Shown piece by piece: positions 49,433-58,727 of a stretch of DNA of 64,000 nucleotides (position 1 is its first letter; each line of letters opens with the position of its first letter). This stretch comes from an uncultured Actinomycetota bacterium (GTDB lineage Bacteria; Actinomycetota; Actinomycetes; JAFAQI01), in contig CAVYQE010000001.1 in NCBI GenBank assembly GCA_963770565.1, positions 896,001 to 960,000 on the forward strand. Direction: 5' to 3'. The translations under genes and the position numbers were made by a program. Below the pieces are notes generated by a model. It had not been told where the DNA came from and searched no databases. It worked only from the letters and a program-made list of their open reading frames with translations.

Positions 49433-49768
49433 ATGGGGGTCTTGTGCGGGCGTAGGGCAGTCCACCTAGCCGCGCCCCGTCATGCTGAGGTCCGAGCGCT
49501 TGACCGTCGCCCGCGAATCATCGATGTTCCTGGTCGTGATGTTGTCGGGGACTACGTCACGGCTGAATATGCATGGTTGCAGATGACCGCGCACGGCTCG
49601 AACCCCGACAGTGCCAGCGAGACTGCCACGGCCTGCGAGTACGTCCGAGCGATCGATGCCTATGTGGTGACCCTCCGAGCGTGTGGGCGACAGATCCCCC
49701 ACCGCATGGATGAAACCGCGGCCACCATCCGCGCCCTTTACCAACCGATGGCCCTACCGGTCGGGTAG
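49433..49768 (+). CDS. Hypothetical protein
   Basis: ORF after AT-rich TATATAT; helical C-terminal half YVRAIDAYVVTL..G..IP. Confidence 0.5.
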   Translation: MGVLCGRRAVHLAAPRHAEVRALDRRPRIIDVPGRDVVGDYVTAEYAWLQMTAHGSNPDSASETATACEYVRAIDAYVVTLRACGRQIPHRMDETAATIRALYQPMALPVG

Positions 49769-49799
49769 CAGTCTCAGCACCCAGGGATACGGACCGCGC

Positions 49800-50234
49800 T
49801 CAACACACAACGGGGAACGGCTTGGGCGGAGCCTTCAGTTCCGCGCGAGGGCAAGTAGCCAGCGACATCCCGCCGAAGCCGAGTGCTTCATCGCACAAGT
49901 CGCTGACGGTCAGTCCGTTCTCGCGGCCCACTCGCGTGATCGTGGCCCGGAAGATCGTGATGTCGAAGCGCTTGGGCGTGCCGTAGGCGATCTGCATGGT
50001 TCCCATCAACTGCGCGGTCCCCGCGCCACCGTCGGGCGCGTTCCACGGCTGGTCGTATCGACGCCAGTTGGTCGGCTCGGACCACCACACGCCGCCCATC
50101 CGAACATCGTGCAACGCCAGCTCCACCAGGACATGCCGCGCCGACTGCTCAGGAACCACCGCGGCCGGCCGAATCACCTCTGTGACCACTCCGTCGTCGT
50201 AGGCCTCGGTAACCAGAATCTCGGTGTCGTCCAC
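49800..50234 (-). CDS. Hypothetical protein
   Basis: GGAG RBS; Trp-rich GGVWW..P..WRRYDQPW, good codon bias. Confidence 0.72.
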   Translation of the reverse strand: MDDTEILVTEAYDDGVVTEVIRPAAVVPEQSARHVLVELALHDVRMGGVWWSEPTNWRRYDQPWNAPDGGAGTAQLMGTMQIAYGTPKRFDITIFRATITRVGRENGLTVSDLCDEALGFGGMSLATCPRAELKAPPKPFPVVC

Positions 50235-50438
50235 GCCATGTTCTCCGATGATTGCTCCTTCACGTATCCCGCTGTCTATCCGTACCGTCGACGGGTCGGA
50301 GACGAACCTGGATGCGCGCATCAGGTGCAGTAATCAGTAGGCCGAACGTGACGTCGACTCGTTGGCGCTGAAGGCGAAGGTCGGCGGCCGGCTAGGCGAT
50401 GCCTGCCCGGTGCCGGGGAGCGCCTCGGGTGGCGCGGC

Positions 50439-51845
50439 TCATGGCGATGGCGTGAACTTCTTCGACGCCGTCACGGCCTTGCCGCCGTTTGGGGTAAAGG
50501 ATCCGGTAATCACCAGGTGTGGATGATGGTGGGCACCGAAAGCGGCCTCGCCGGCGGAGTTCAGCGAAACCTTGACGGTGTGGGTCGACTTGCCGGTGAA
50601 GGAGATCTTGGCGGAGCCGAGTTTCTTGCCGCTGGTGCTCTTCCAGGTGATGACGAGGGTGCCGTGCTCGAGTGCCGAGAAGTGGTAGGTGTAGCCACCG
50701 GCGTCGTGGATCTTCGGGCGTGACGCACCTTTCCCGGTCGGAACCAGCTGCTTCGCCAGCGACGACTTGATCTGTGCCGTGGTCGGCCCCTTGCCGCCAC
50801 CACCGGATGTGCACTTGCGGAGCTGTGACGTCGACGTGGTCATGGCCGCGCTGATGCCGGCCTTCGTTACGTTGGCGGCCACCGTGACCGGGTCCGCGCA
50901 GGACAGCGACGGCCGGTCGTTGTAGTACTGCGTCACGTACGAACCGCCGGCGGTGAACTCGAACCGCATCGGTACGCCGGCCGGACTGTTGACTGAGTAG
51001 GCGCCGCCGCTGCTCGAGAACCGGGTGGCAACCAGGTTGCCGGCCGAGTCGAGCATGCTGACGGTCGCACTACCCAGCCCGGCATGGCTGTTCTTGTCCG
51101 TGACGGCGCCTTCGACGGTGCCGCGCCCGACGATCGCCTGGTTGATCCCCGAGGTGACCGCGCCAGAAGTCGCCGAGACCCGCTTGCCTTCGCTGGACAC
51201 GTACTTGCCGCCGACGTACTGCGGGGAAAAGCGCTGATCGTTGGTGTCCTCGATCTGGACGACCATCTGCACCCCGGGCACTGCTTCGAGCAACGTATAG
51301 GTGCCGTCGGCAGCAGTGATGGCGGGTTCACTCAGCGCCAGGCTGTGGCTCGAGTTGAAGGCCTGCACGTCGGCCCCGGCGGCGGGTTTGCCGTTCTCGG
51401 CCTCGGTGATCTTGCCCTTGATCTCGCCGTACTGGACGAGGCTGCCGTTGACGGTCGTGGGCGTGCCCGAGACGACCCCGACCGGTTCGGCCGAGCCGGA
51501 GTCCTCGACGCCAGGTGACCACTGGGTCTCGTAGCCGAGCCCAGCAGGGGTGATGGTGGCCCCGCTCGTGTCGAACTCGACGTAGTAATCGCCCGGGACG
51601 ATGCCGGCCAAGGTGTAGCTGCCGTCCGCTGCGGTCGTGACCTCACCGATCGTCCCCGTCGTCACGGTCAGCGAGACCTCGACGATGACGCCTTGCAACG
51701 GGCCCTTTCCCGGGCTGGTGACGGTGCCGGTGATGCTGCCGTCCGGGACCGCCGCAGCGGGTTGGACGGCCGCCGGCACGAGGCCAATGGCGACGAGGCC
51801 GACGAGCGTGGCAAGCAGCGCCATCAAGCGCTGTGGTCCGGCCAT
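50439..51845 (-). CDS. Secreted protein with three carboxypeptidase-regulatory-like (CnaB/SdrD-B type) domains
   Basis: Signal peptide; three repeats of G.I.G.VT.....L.G..V......T.ADG.Y.L...Y..Q; basic C-terminal domain. Confidence 0.85.
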   Translation of the reverse strand: MAGPQRLMALLATLVGLVAIGLVPAAVQPAAAVPDGSITGTVTSPGKGPLQGVIVEVSLTVTTGTIGEVTTAADGSYTLAGIVPGDYYVEFDTSGATITPAGLGYETQWSPGVEDSGSAEPVGVVSGTPTTVNGSLVQYGEIKGKITEAENGKPAAGADVQAFNSSHSLALSEPAITAADGTYTLLEAVPGVQMVVQIEDTNDQRFSPQYVGGKYVSSEGKRVSATSGAVTSGINQAIVGRGTVEGAVTDKNSHAGLGSATVSMLDSAGNLVATRFSSSGGAYSVNSPAGVPMRFEFTAGGSYVTQYYNDRPSLSCADPVTVAANVTKAGISAAMTTSTSQLRKCTSGGGGKGPTTAQIKSSLAKQLVPTGKGASRPKIHDAGGYTYHFSALEHGTLVITWKSTSGKKLGSAKISFTGKSTHTVKVSLNSAGEAAFGAHHHPHLVITGSFTPNGGKAVTASKKFTPSP

Positions 51846-52288
51846 GGCAGGCTCCTGGTCGATCCGACGGGACGCTGTACGTCGCGGTAAGCCGACCATG
51901 ATCACGCCGTCGAATCAAGATTGAAATTGCACGGTTCGAAGCAAGGCCGCTCGGGGTTTCCCACCGGTGGGCGGATCTGCGAGGGCTGGGCGGGCGGCCA
52001 TAGCGTGCGCGAGCTCGCGGGCCGGCCTGGCTCGGCCCGGCCGAGCATGTCGCGAGGAGATCTGGGTCAACGAACGACTAGGCCAGGGGGTTCGATGGCC
52101 TTCCTCGTCCGTATTCCCGGATTGATCGGCTGCCCGTCTGGCGGCCGGGTGGCGCCGAACGGGTGGATTGCGTGCACGATCGCTGATTCGCGCGACTACC
52201 ACGCTCTAGGATCGGCGCGACGGTCGTGGCCTCTACGTCCTCGAGACCGCGCCTCGCCGAGGGACGGTCGATTTGTAGGGAGGCCCAG

Positions 52289-54403
52289 ATGGGCGCTCGC
52301 CGACTCGGTTTGACGCTTGCGATACTGCTCTCCCTCCTGGTCCTGCCGCCGCTGGCAGCACATGCCGCGGGTGGGGCGACGTACACGTGGGTCGGCAACT
52401 CGACTGGCTCGGTCGGGGACAACCACTCCTGGAGCGATTCGAAGAACTGGAGTCCCGTAGGAGTGCCTGGCGACGGCGACTCCGTGGTCATCGAACAACC
52501 GTCGGCTGACGACTGCTTCGCCCATGTCGACGCGGTGCCGAGCGTCGAGTTGGTCGACTTCAGCCTTTCGGAGGATCCGGCGTTGTGCACAACGAGCGTG
52601 TCGGGCGGCACGCTCTCGATCACCGGCTCCTTCACGTGGAACGGCGGAGAGCTGGACTCGCCGACGACGGTCGAGTCCACCGCAGATGCCGCGGTCGACG
52701 GATCCAACCAGCGGTTGAACAGCCTCACGCAAGAGCTGGATGTCGCGGGGACCTTGACGCTGAACGGGGTCAGCGGCCAGGGAGCGCTCCAGATCCTGCA
52801 CGGAAAGGTGCTGCATCTCGAGCCGGGAGCGGTCCTGACCTCGTCCGGCGCGAATGAGATCGATGGCAGCGCGTGCTGCACGGACCCGGCCAAGGTCGTC
52901 AACGACGGCACGGTCTCGATCAACGGGGACACGCTGACGCTCGCGACGCTGGAACTGGACCAGAACGCGGACGTCACCGTGTCGGCCAACGGGCGATTGC
53001 TGACGTCGGCCGGGCCGGTCACGACCGGCACGAGCGGCGCCTACACCGGTGCGGGTCGCTGGCTGCTGACCGACGGGTCGCAGGCGCGCTTCAGCGGGAC
53101 CCAGACTCTCGGTAGCGGCTTCCATCTCGAGCTCGGCGGCCTGGCGTCGACGGCGTCGACATCACTCGCCGGAACGGTGACGTTCGCGGGCGCGGGGACG
53201 TTCGACTGGACTGGCGGCGTGATCGAGGCGCAGCTGACGATCGACCACTCCGTATCAATGCAGGTGGCCGGTGCGCATACCGGTGGCGGTGAACGGGTTC
53301 TGGAGGGCCGGGACTTCTCCGGTGGTGGTGCGGGAGTGCCGGTCACGCAGACCAATCACGGGGTCCTCACCGTCACTGGCGGGGCGACCATCTCCACGGC
53401 CCAGCAGGCGCACCTGGTCAATGCAAGTGACGGTGTCATCACCATCGCACCCGGTACGTCGTTCGCCAGCCAGGCCTGCTGCTCGGCTCCCGACCGGCTG
53501 TCCAATGCCGGCGCGGTCAGTGTGGCGTCGACCGGCGGATCGGGTCCGGCTGTGATGACCGGCGTCGGTTATCAGTCGTCCGGCGCAACAACAATCGCGA
53601 GCGGGCAGACGCTGCAGTTGTCCGGCGGCGCGCCGAACAGGCTGACCGCCGGCACGGTCGGCGGCGGCGGGCACCTGTCGATCACTGCGCCAACCGCGGT
53701 CAGCGGCGCGATCACCATCAGGCCGAACACCCGGCTGCTGCTCGGGGCTCACGGCACGCTTGACGGCACCGCCACCCTCGGCGGCGCCGGCGCGATGAGC
53801 TGGACCGGTGGGTCGGTCTCCGGCGCGGTCACCGTGTCGACGGCTGGCGGCGTCGCAATCTTGGGCAGGGGCACCAAGGTGGTCGCCAACGTTGGCGGCG
53901 GCAGCACCCCGAGCAAGCTCACGCTCACCGTGCCCACCACGATCGCTGCCGGCACCGCAGCCGCGCATGACGTGGTCGATGTCGGTTCGTCGGTCCTCAT
54001 CCTCACCTCGTCGGCGAATGTGGGCGCCTTCACCGAGTTCGACAACGGGACCGTCAGCAACCGCGGCACGTTCTCGATTCACAGCGGCAAGGTCTTCGCC
54101 CGGACCTACGTGCAGACCAAGCACCACAAGCTCGCCGTCGAGTTCACCAAGACGAAACGCGGTTCGCTCACGTCAATCGGTACGGTGTCGCTGCACGGAA
54201 CGCTGGCGGTACACAACACCTATACCCCGCACCTCGGAGACAAGGTCGCCGTGGTCACGGCCGGCACACTCACCGACGGGCTGAGCTGCGTTTCTACGAC
54301 CGGTACGGCCACGAAAGGCTCGTCAGCCGGCCACTGGGTGAACACGCACAACGCAACGAAGCTCATCCTGGTCTGGCGTCGCGGCGCCCCGCCGGCCTGC
54401 TAA
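52289..54403 (+). CDS. Secreted Gly/Thr-rich beta-strand repeat (autotransporter passenger-like) protein
   Basis: GGGAGG RBS, signal peptide, TYTWVG...WSDSKNWSP.GVPG.GD.V.I start, repeated F.W.GG.L and N.G motifs; no beta-barrel. Confidence 0.8.
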   Translation: MGARRLGLTLAILLSLLVLPPLAAHAAGGATYTWVGNSTGSVGDNHSWSDSKNWSPVGVPGDGDSVVIEQPSADDCFAHVDAVPSVELVDFSLSEDPALCTTSVSGGTLSITGSFTWNGGELDSPTTVESTADAAVDGSNQRLNSLTQELDVAGTLTLNGVSGQGALQILHGKVLHLEPGAVLTSSGANEIDGSACCTDPAKVVNDGTVSINGDTLTLATLELDQNADVTVSANGRLLTSAGPVTTGTSGAYTGAGRWLLTDGSQARFSGTQTLGSGFHLELGGLASTASTSLAGTVTFAGAGTFDWTGGVIEAQLTIDHSVSMQVAGAHTGGGERVLEGRDFSGGGAGVPVTQTNHGVLTVTGGATISTAQQAHLVNASDGVITIAPGTSFASQACCSAPDRLSNAGAVSVASTGGSGPAVMTGVGYQSSGATTIASGQTLQLSGGAPNRLTAGTVGGGGHLSITAPTAVSGAITIRPNTRLLLGAHGTLDGTATLGGAGAMSWTGGSVSGAVTVSTAGGVAILGRGTKVVANVGGGSTPSKLTLTVPTTIAAGTAAAHDVVDVGSSVLILTSSANVGAFTEFDNGTVSNRGTFSIHSGKVFARTYVQTKHHKLAVEFTKTKRGSLTSIGTVSLHGTLAVHNTYTPHLGDKVAVVTAGTLTDGLSCVSTTGTATKGSSAGHWVNTHNATKLILVWRRGAPPAC

Positions 54404-54596
54404 CCACCTCGGCCGGCAGGCGATCCACGAAGCTGTCTCGCCACGATGCCCTGTGGGGCGGTTGACGCCGCTGGTCGGGGTTTTCCACAGGCGGGCAGAT
54501 CTGGGATTGCGACGGTTGGTTGACCGGCCATAGCGTGCGCGGGCACGGGGGCGGCCGGGTCGGCCTGCGATCTGGTCGGGGGGTGGGTGCGGGTTC

Positions 54597-55829
54597 GTGG
54601 ATGCCACGGGGGTTGTTGAGCAAGAGGTCCGTGAGCTCGTGCGCCGGCGCGGGCTCGACCCGGCCGCCGATGTCGCGGCGGTGCGGGCCCTGGTCGATGA
54701 CGTGATCTGTGACTACGACGACCGGACGCTGGTGGGGTCGCTGCCGGGCCTGGTCGATCCGCGGGCGGTGGCGCGCCGGGTGTTCGACGCGGTGGCCGGG
54801 TTTGGTCCGTTGCAGCCGTTCCTCGACGACGGCGAGGTCGAGGAAATTTGGATCAACGAGCCGGGCCGAGTGTTCGTCGCGCGCCGGGGTCGCAGCGAGC
54901 TGACCACGACGATCCTGCGGGCCGACGAGGTGCGGGACCTGGTCGAGCGGATGTTGAAGTCCTCGGGCCGGCGGGTGGATCTCTCCACCCCGTTCGTGGA
55001 CGCGTCGCTGCCGGACGGCAGCCGGCTGCATGTCGTGATCCCGGACATCACCCGGCGCGACTGGGCGGTGAACATCCGCAAGTTCGTGGTGTCGGCGAGC
55101 TCGATCGATGAGCTGGTCGGACTCGGGACGCTCACGCCGCCGTCCGCACGGTTTCTCGAAGCCGCGGTGTGCGCCGGGCTCAACATCATCGTGGCCGGCG
55201 GCACTCAGGCTGGGAAGACGACGATGTTGAACTGCCTCGCGGCCGCGATTCCGGCCCGCGAGCGGGTGATCACCTGCGAGGAAGTCTTCGAGCTCCGGCT
55301 TCCCCTGCCTGACGTGGTCGCGATGCAGACCCGGCAGGCCAACCTCGAAGGGATGGGCGAGATCCGGCTCCGCCGGCTCGTCAAGGAGGCCCTGCGGATG
55401 CGACCCGAACGCATCCTGGTCGGCGAGGTCAGGCAGGAGGAGTGCCTGGACCTGTTGATCGCGTTGAACTCCGGCTTGCCTGGGATGTGCACGATCCATG
55501 CCAACTCGGCGCGGGAAGCAATCACGAAGCTGTGCACGCTGCCGCTGCTGGCGGGCGAGAACGTCAGCCACGGCTTCGTCGTACCGACGGTTGCGTCGAG
55601 CGTCGACCTGGTCGTGCAGGTCGCCCGCGATAGCCACGGCCACCGGCGGGTCCGCGAGATCGTTGCCGTGCCCGGCCGGGTCGAGGCGGATGTCATCGAG
55701 GCGGCCGACCTGTTCGTCACCAGGCAAGACCGTCTGGTCCGGGCCGATGGCTGGCCACCACATGACGAGCGGTTCGCGATTGCCGGCTTCGACCTGGCCG
55801 AGCTGCTCGGTTCGATCGGGTCGCACTGA
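54597..55829 (+). CDS. tadA: Tad pilus assembly ATPase CpaF/TadA
   Basis: FGPLQP..DD..VEEIWIN, DASLPDGSRL, GGTQAGKTT, LRMRPERILVGEVR, TIHANS. Confidence 0.95.
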   Translation: MDATGVVEQEVRELVRRRGLDPAADVAAVRALVDDVICDYDDRTLVGSLPGLVDPRAVARRVFDAVAGFGPLQPFLDDGEVEEIWINEPGRVFVARRGRSELTTTILRADEVRDLVERMLKSSGRRVDLSTPFVDASLPDGSRLHVVIPDITRRDWAVNIRKFVVSASSIDELVGLGTLTPPSARFLEAAVCAGLNIIVAGGTQAGKTTMLNCLAAAIPARERVITCEEVFELRLPLPDVVAMQTRQANLEGMGEIRLRRLVKEALRMRPERILVGEVRQEECLDLLIALNSGLPGMCTIHANSAREAITKLCTLPLLAGENVSHGFVVPTVASSVDLVVQVARDSHGHRRVREIVAVPGRVEADVIEAADLFVTRQDRLVRADGWPPHDERFAIAGFDLAELLGSIGSH

Positions 55830-56689
55830 TGGGTGCGCTCGTCGGACTGGTGTTCGGCATGGGTACCTTGCTGATCTGGCGCAGCGGTCGCCGCGCACCG
55901 CAGCGTCGGCCTCGCCGTGCTCCGTCCACCAACGAACGGATCGGCGAGCTGCTGAGGCAGGCCGGCTACAACGGGGTCCGACCACAACAGCTGTACGCCG
56001 TATCCGCCGGGCTCGCGATCGTTGCTTTCGTTGTGGTCGCCGGCGTGAGTCACGCGGCCTCGATCGGCGTTGCTTTCGCGGGCTTCGCGGGCTACGCACC
56101 ATTTGCGTTGGTCCGCCATCGCCGCCGGCAACGGGCCATTGAGCTGCGCGAGCTCTGGCCCGACGTGGTCGACAACCTCGCGTCCGCGGTGCGGGCCGGG
56201 ATGTCGTTGCCCGAGGCAGTCGCGCAGGTCGCCGTTCGCGGACCGCAGCCGCTCCGGCCGTCGTTCGAGTCGTTCGCGACCGACTATGCGGCAACCGGCC
56301 GCTTCAGCGACTGCCTCGACCGGCTCAAGGTCACGCTGGCCGATCCGGTCGGCGACCGGATCGTCGAGTCGATGCGGCTCGCTCGCGAGGTGGGAGGCAG
56401 CGACCTCGGCCGGCTGCTGCGCACGCTGTCGACATTCCTTCGCGAGGACGCGCGCACCCGGGCCGAGCTCGAGACCCGGCAAGGCTGGACGGTCTCGGCG
56501 GCGCGGCTCGCGTTGGCGGCACCGTGGGTGATCCTCGGGATGCTCGCTCTGCGGCCGGAAACCGTGGTCGCCTACGACTCCGCGCCCGGGGTCCTCGTCC
56601 TGCTCGGCGGCGCTGCGGTCTCGTTCACGGCGTACCGGGTGATGCTGCGGGTCGCGCAGCTGCCGACCGAGGAGCGGGTGCTCCGATGA
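55829..56689 (+). CDS. tadB: Tad pilus platform protein TadB (T2SS-F family)
   Basis: WPDVVDNLASAVRAGMSLPEA, GGSDLG, TM helices. Confidence 0.9.
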   Translation: MGALVGLVFGMGTLLIWRSGRRAPQRRPRRAPSTNERIGELLRQAGYNGVRPQQLYAVSAGLAIVAFVVVAGVSHAASIGVAFAGFAGYAPFALVRHRRRQRAIELRELWPDVVDNLASAVRAGMSLPEAVAQVAVRGPQPLRPSFESFATDYAATGRFSDCLDRLKVTLADPVGDRIVESMRLAREVGGSDLGRLLRTLSTFLREDARTRAELETRQGWTVSAARLALAAPWVILGMLALRPETVVAYDSAPGVLVLLGGAAVSFTAYRVMLRVAQLPTEERVLR

Positions 56690-57627
56690 CACCGGCCGTC
56701 ACCGGCGCGGCGCTCGGGCTGCTGGCCGCCGCCGGCATCGCGGTCGCCGTCGCGGCGAGCCCGCCGATGCGGCGGGTGCGACTCGACGACCGCCTGGCGC
56801 CGTACCTTCGCGACACCCCGATGCCGTCCCGCTTGCTGCGGCCCAGCCAGACCACGACACCGTTCCCGACCCTCGAACGACTGCTCGGACCGGTGCTGCG
56901 CGATCTTGCCGCCCGCGTCGATCGGGCCATCGGCGGAACCGCCTCGGTACGTCGCCGGCTCGACCAAGCCGGTCGTGAGCTGACGGTCGAGCAGTTCCGG
57001 GTCGAGCAGGTGCTGTGCGGCGCCGCTGGCCTGTTCGTGGGTCTGGCGCTCGCTGTGCTGGCCGCCGCTCGAGGCTCCCGCACCAACCCGATTGGCTTCG
57101 TGATCCTCGCCGCGGTGCTCTCGCTCGCCGGCGTCCTGCTGCGCGACCGCTCACTCACCAACGAGGTGCGGCGGCGGGAGGCGCGGATGGTCGGGGAGTT
57201 TCCGACGATTGCTGAGCTCCTCGCGCTCGCGGTCGGTGCCGGCGAGGGGCCGGTCGCCGCGCTCGAGCGGGTCGCCCGGCTCGGCCACGGCGAGTTGCCG
57301 CGCGAGCTCGGACGCGCACTCGCCGACGCCAGAGCCGGCTCGTCAGTGGTAGCGGCGCTCGAGCGGATGGCCGCGCGCACCTCGCTTCCGGTGCTCGCTC
57401 GCTTCGTCGACGGGATGGCGATCGCGGTCGAGCGCGGCACGCCGCTGGCCGATGTGCTGCAGGCGCAGGCAACCGACGTCCGCGAGCTCAGCCGGCGGGC
57501 GCTGCTCGAAGCGGGCGGCCGCAAGGAGATCGCGATGCTGGTCCCAGTCGTGTTCCTCGTGCTGCCCGTGACCGTCATTTTCGCTTTGTTTCCAGGGTTT
57601 TACAGCCTCCAGCTGGCAGTTCCCTAG
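56686..57627 (+). CDS. tadC: Tad pilus platform protein TadC (T2SS-F family)
   Basis: EFPTIAELLALAVGAGE, ERGTPLADVL, MLVPVVFLVLP. Confidence 0.9.
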   Translation: MTPAVTGAALGLLAAAGIAVAVAASPPMRRVRLDDRLAPYLRDTPMPSRLLRPSQTTTPFPTLERLLGPVLRDLAARVDRAIGGTASVRRRLDQAGRELTVEQFRVEQVLCGAAGLFVGLALAVLAAARGSRTNPIGFVILAAVLSLAGVLLRDRSLTNEVRRREARMVGEFPTIAELLALAVGAGEGPVAALERVARLGHGELPRELGRALADARAGSSVVAALERMAARTSLPVLARFVDGMAIAVERGTPLADVLQAQATDVRELSRRALLEAGGRKEIAMLVPVVFLVLPVTVIFALFPGFYSLQLAVP

Positions 57628-57658
57628 CCCTGTCGCGTCAAGGATCGGAGCGCACCAC

Positions 57659-57865
57659 GTGATCACTCAGTTGTTCATGGTCTGGCTAGCCGTACGGGGT
57701 CGGATCGCATCGGCGGACGACCCTGAGCGCGGCGACGTACCAGGTTGGGTCCTCATCACGTTGATGACCGCTGGAATCGTGACCGCGCTGTGGGTCGTCG
57801 CCGAGCCCACTCTTCGCGGTCTGCTGACCAATGCGTTGAACATCTCGGGCGATCCCAACCAGTGA
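57659..57865 (+). CDS. Flp-like major pilin
   Basis: 68 aa, ERG|DVPGWVLITLMTAGIV hydrophobic helix, position after tadC. Confidence 0.8.
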   Translation: MITQLFMVWLAVRGRIASADDPERGDVPGWVLITLMTAGIVTALWVVAEPTLRGLLTNALNISGDPNQ

Positions 57866-58263
57866 TTCGGCCGGCAGGGGCGTCCGGCGAGTCCGGCTCT
57901 GCCCCGGTCGACTTCGTCCTGGTCGGCGTTCTGGTGACGTTGATGTTCATGGCCGTGCTTCAGCTCGGCACCGACTTCTACGTCCGCAACGTGCTGGCCG
58001 CCTGCGTCGCCGACGGTGCGAGGTACGCCGCGAACTCCGATGTCGCCGACCCCAGCGCGGGCGCCGAGCAGGCGAACGAGGAGATCACCCGCAGCCTCGG
58101 TGCGGCGTATGCAGCCGCGTACGCACCGTCCCGTCAGGACAGCGTGGACGGCGCCCCGGTCGTGACGATCGACGTCGCAGCTCGACTGCCGTTGCTCGCC
58201 TGGTTCCTTCCGGTCGGTCCGACCGTGCACGCCACCGGCCATGCGCTGCGGGAGCCACGATGA
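57862..58263 (+). CDS. TadE-like pseudopilin
   Basis: ESG|SAPVDFVLV, DGARYAA; GTGA overlap. Confidence 0.87.
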   Translation: MIRPAGASGESGSAPVDFVLVGVLVTLMFMAVLQLGTDFYVRNVLAACVADGARYAANSDVADPSAGAEQANEEITRSLGAAYAAAYAPSRQDSVDGAPVVTIDVAARLPLLAWFLPVGPTVHATGHALREPR

Positions 58264-58727
58264 TCGGCCGCGGCGACACGCGCGAGGACGGCAGCGCGAT
58301 CGTCGAGTTCGTCTGGCTGGCCGTGCTGCTCATGGTGCCGCTCGTCTACGTCGTCCTCACCGCGGTGTCGCTCCAGCGCGCGTCGTTCGCCGTAACCGCG
58401 GCTGCTCGCGACGCCGGCCGGGCCTACGTGACGGCCGGCTCGGACGCGGTGGGGCAACAGCGAGCGAGCGCGGCGGTCGCGCTCGCGATGCGCGACCAAG
58501 GTGTGTCGTGGTCGTCGACCGGGCCGCTCGTGTCATGCGGGAGTTGTGACTACGCGCCTGGTTCGACCGTCACGGTCGAGCTGACCAAGCGGGTGACGCT
58601 GCCGTTCGTCCCGCACTGGTTGTGCGGTCACACCTGCGTGGCCGGCATCACGGTCAAGGCCAGCCACCGCGAGCGAATCAGTTGCTACTCGGGCACCGGC
58701 ATCCCGGATCCGGACGCGCAGTGCTGA
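58260..58727 (+). CDS. TadE/F-like pseudopilin
   Basis: EDG|[17 protein letters not shown]. Confidence 0.87.
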   Translation: MIGRGDTREDGSAIVEFVWLAVLLMVPLVYVVLTAVSLQRASFAVTAAARDAGRAYVTAGSDAVGQQRASAAVALAMRDQGVSWSSTGPLVSCGSCDYAPGSTVTVELTKRVTLPFVPHWLCGHTCVAGITVKASHRERISCYSGTGIPDPDAQC

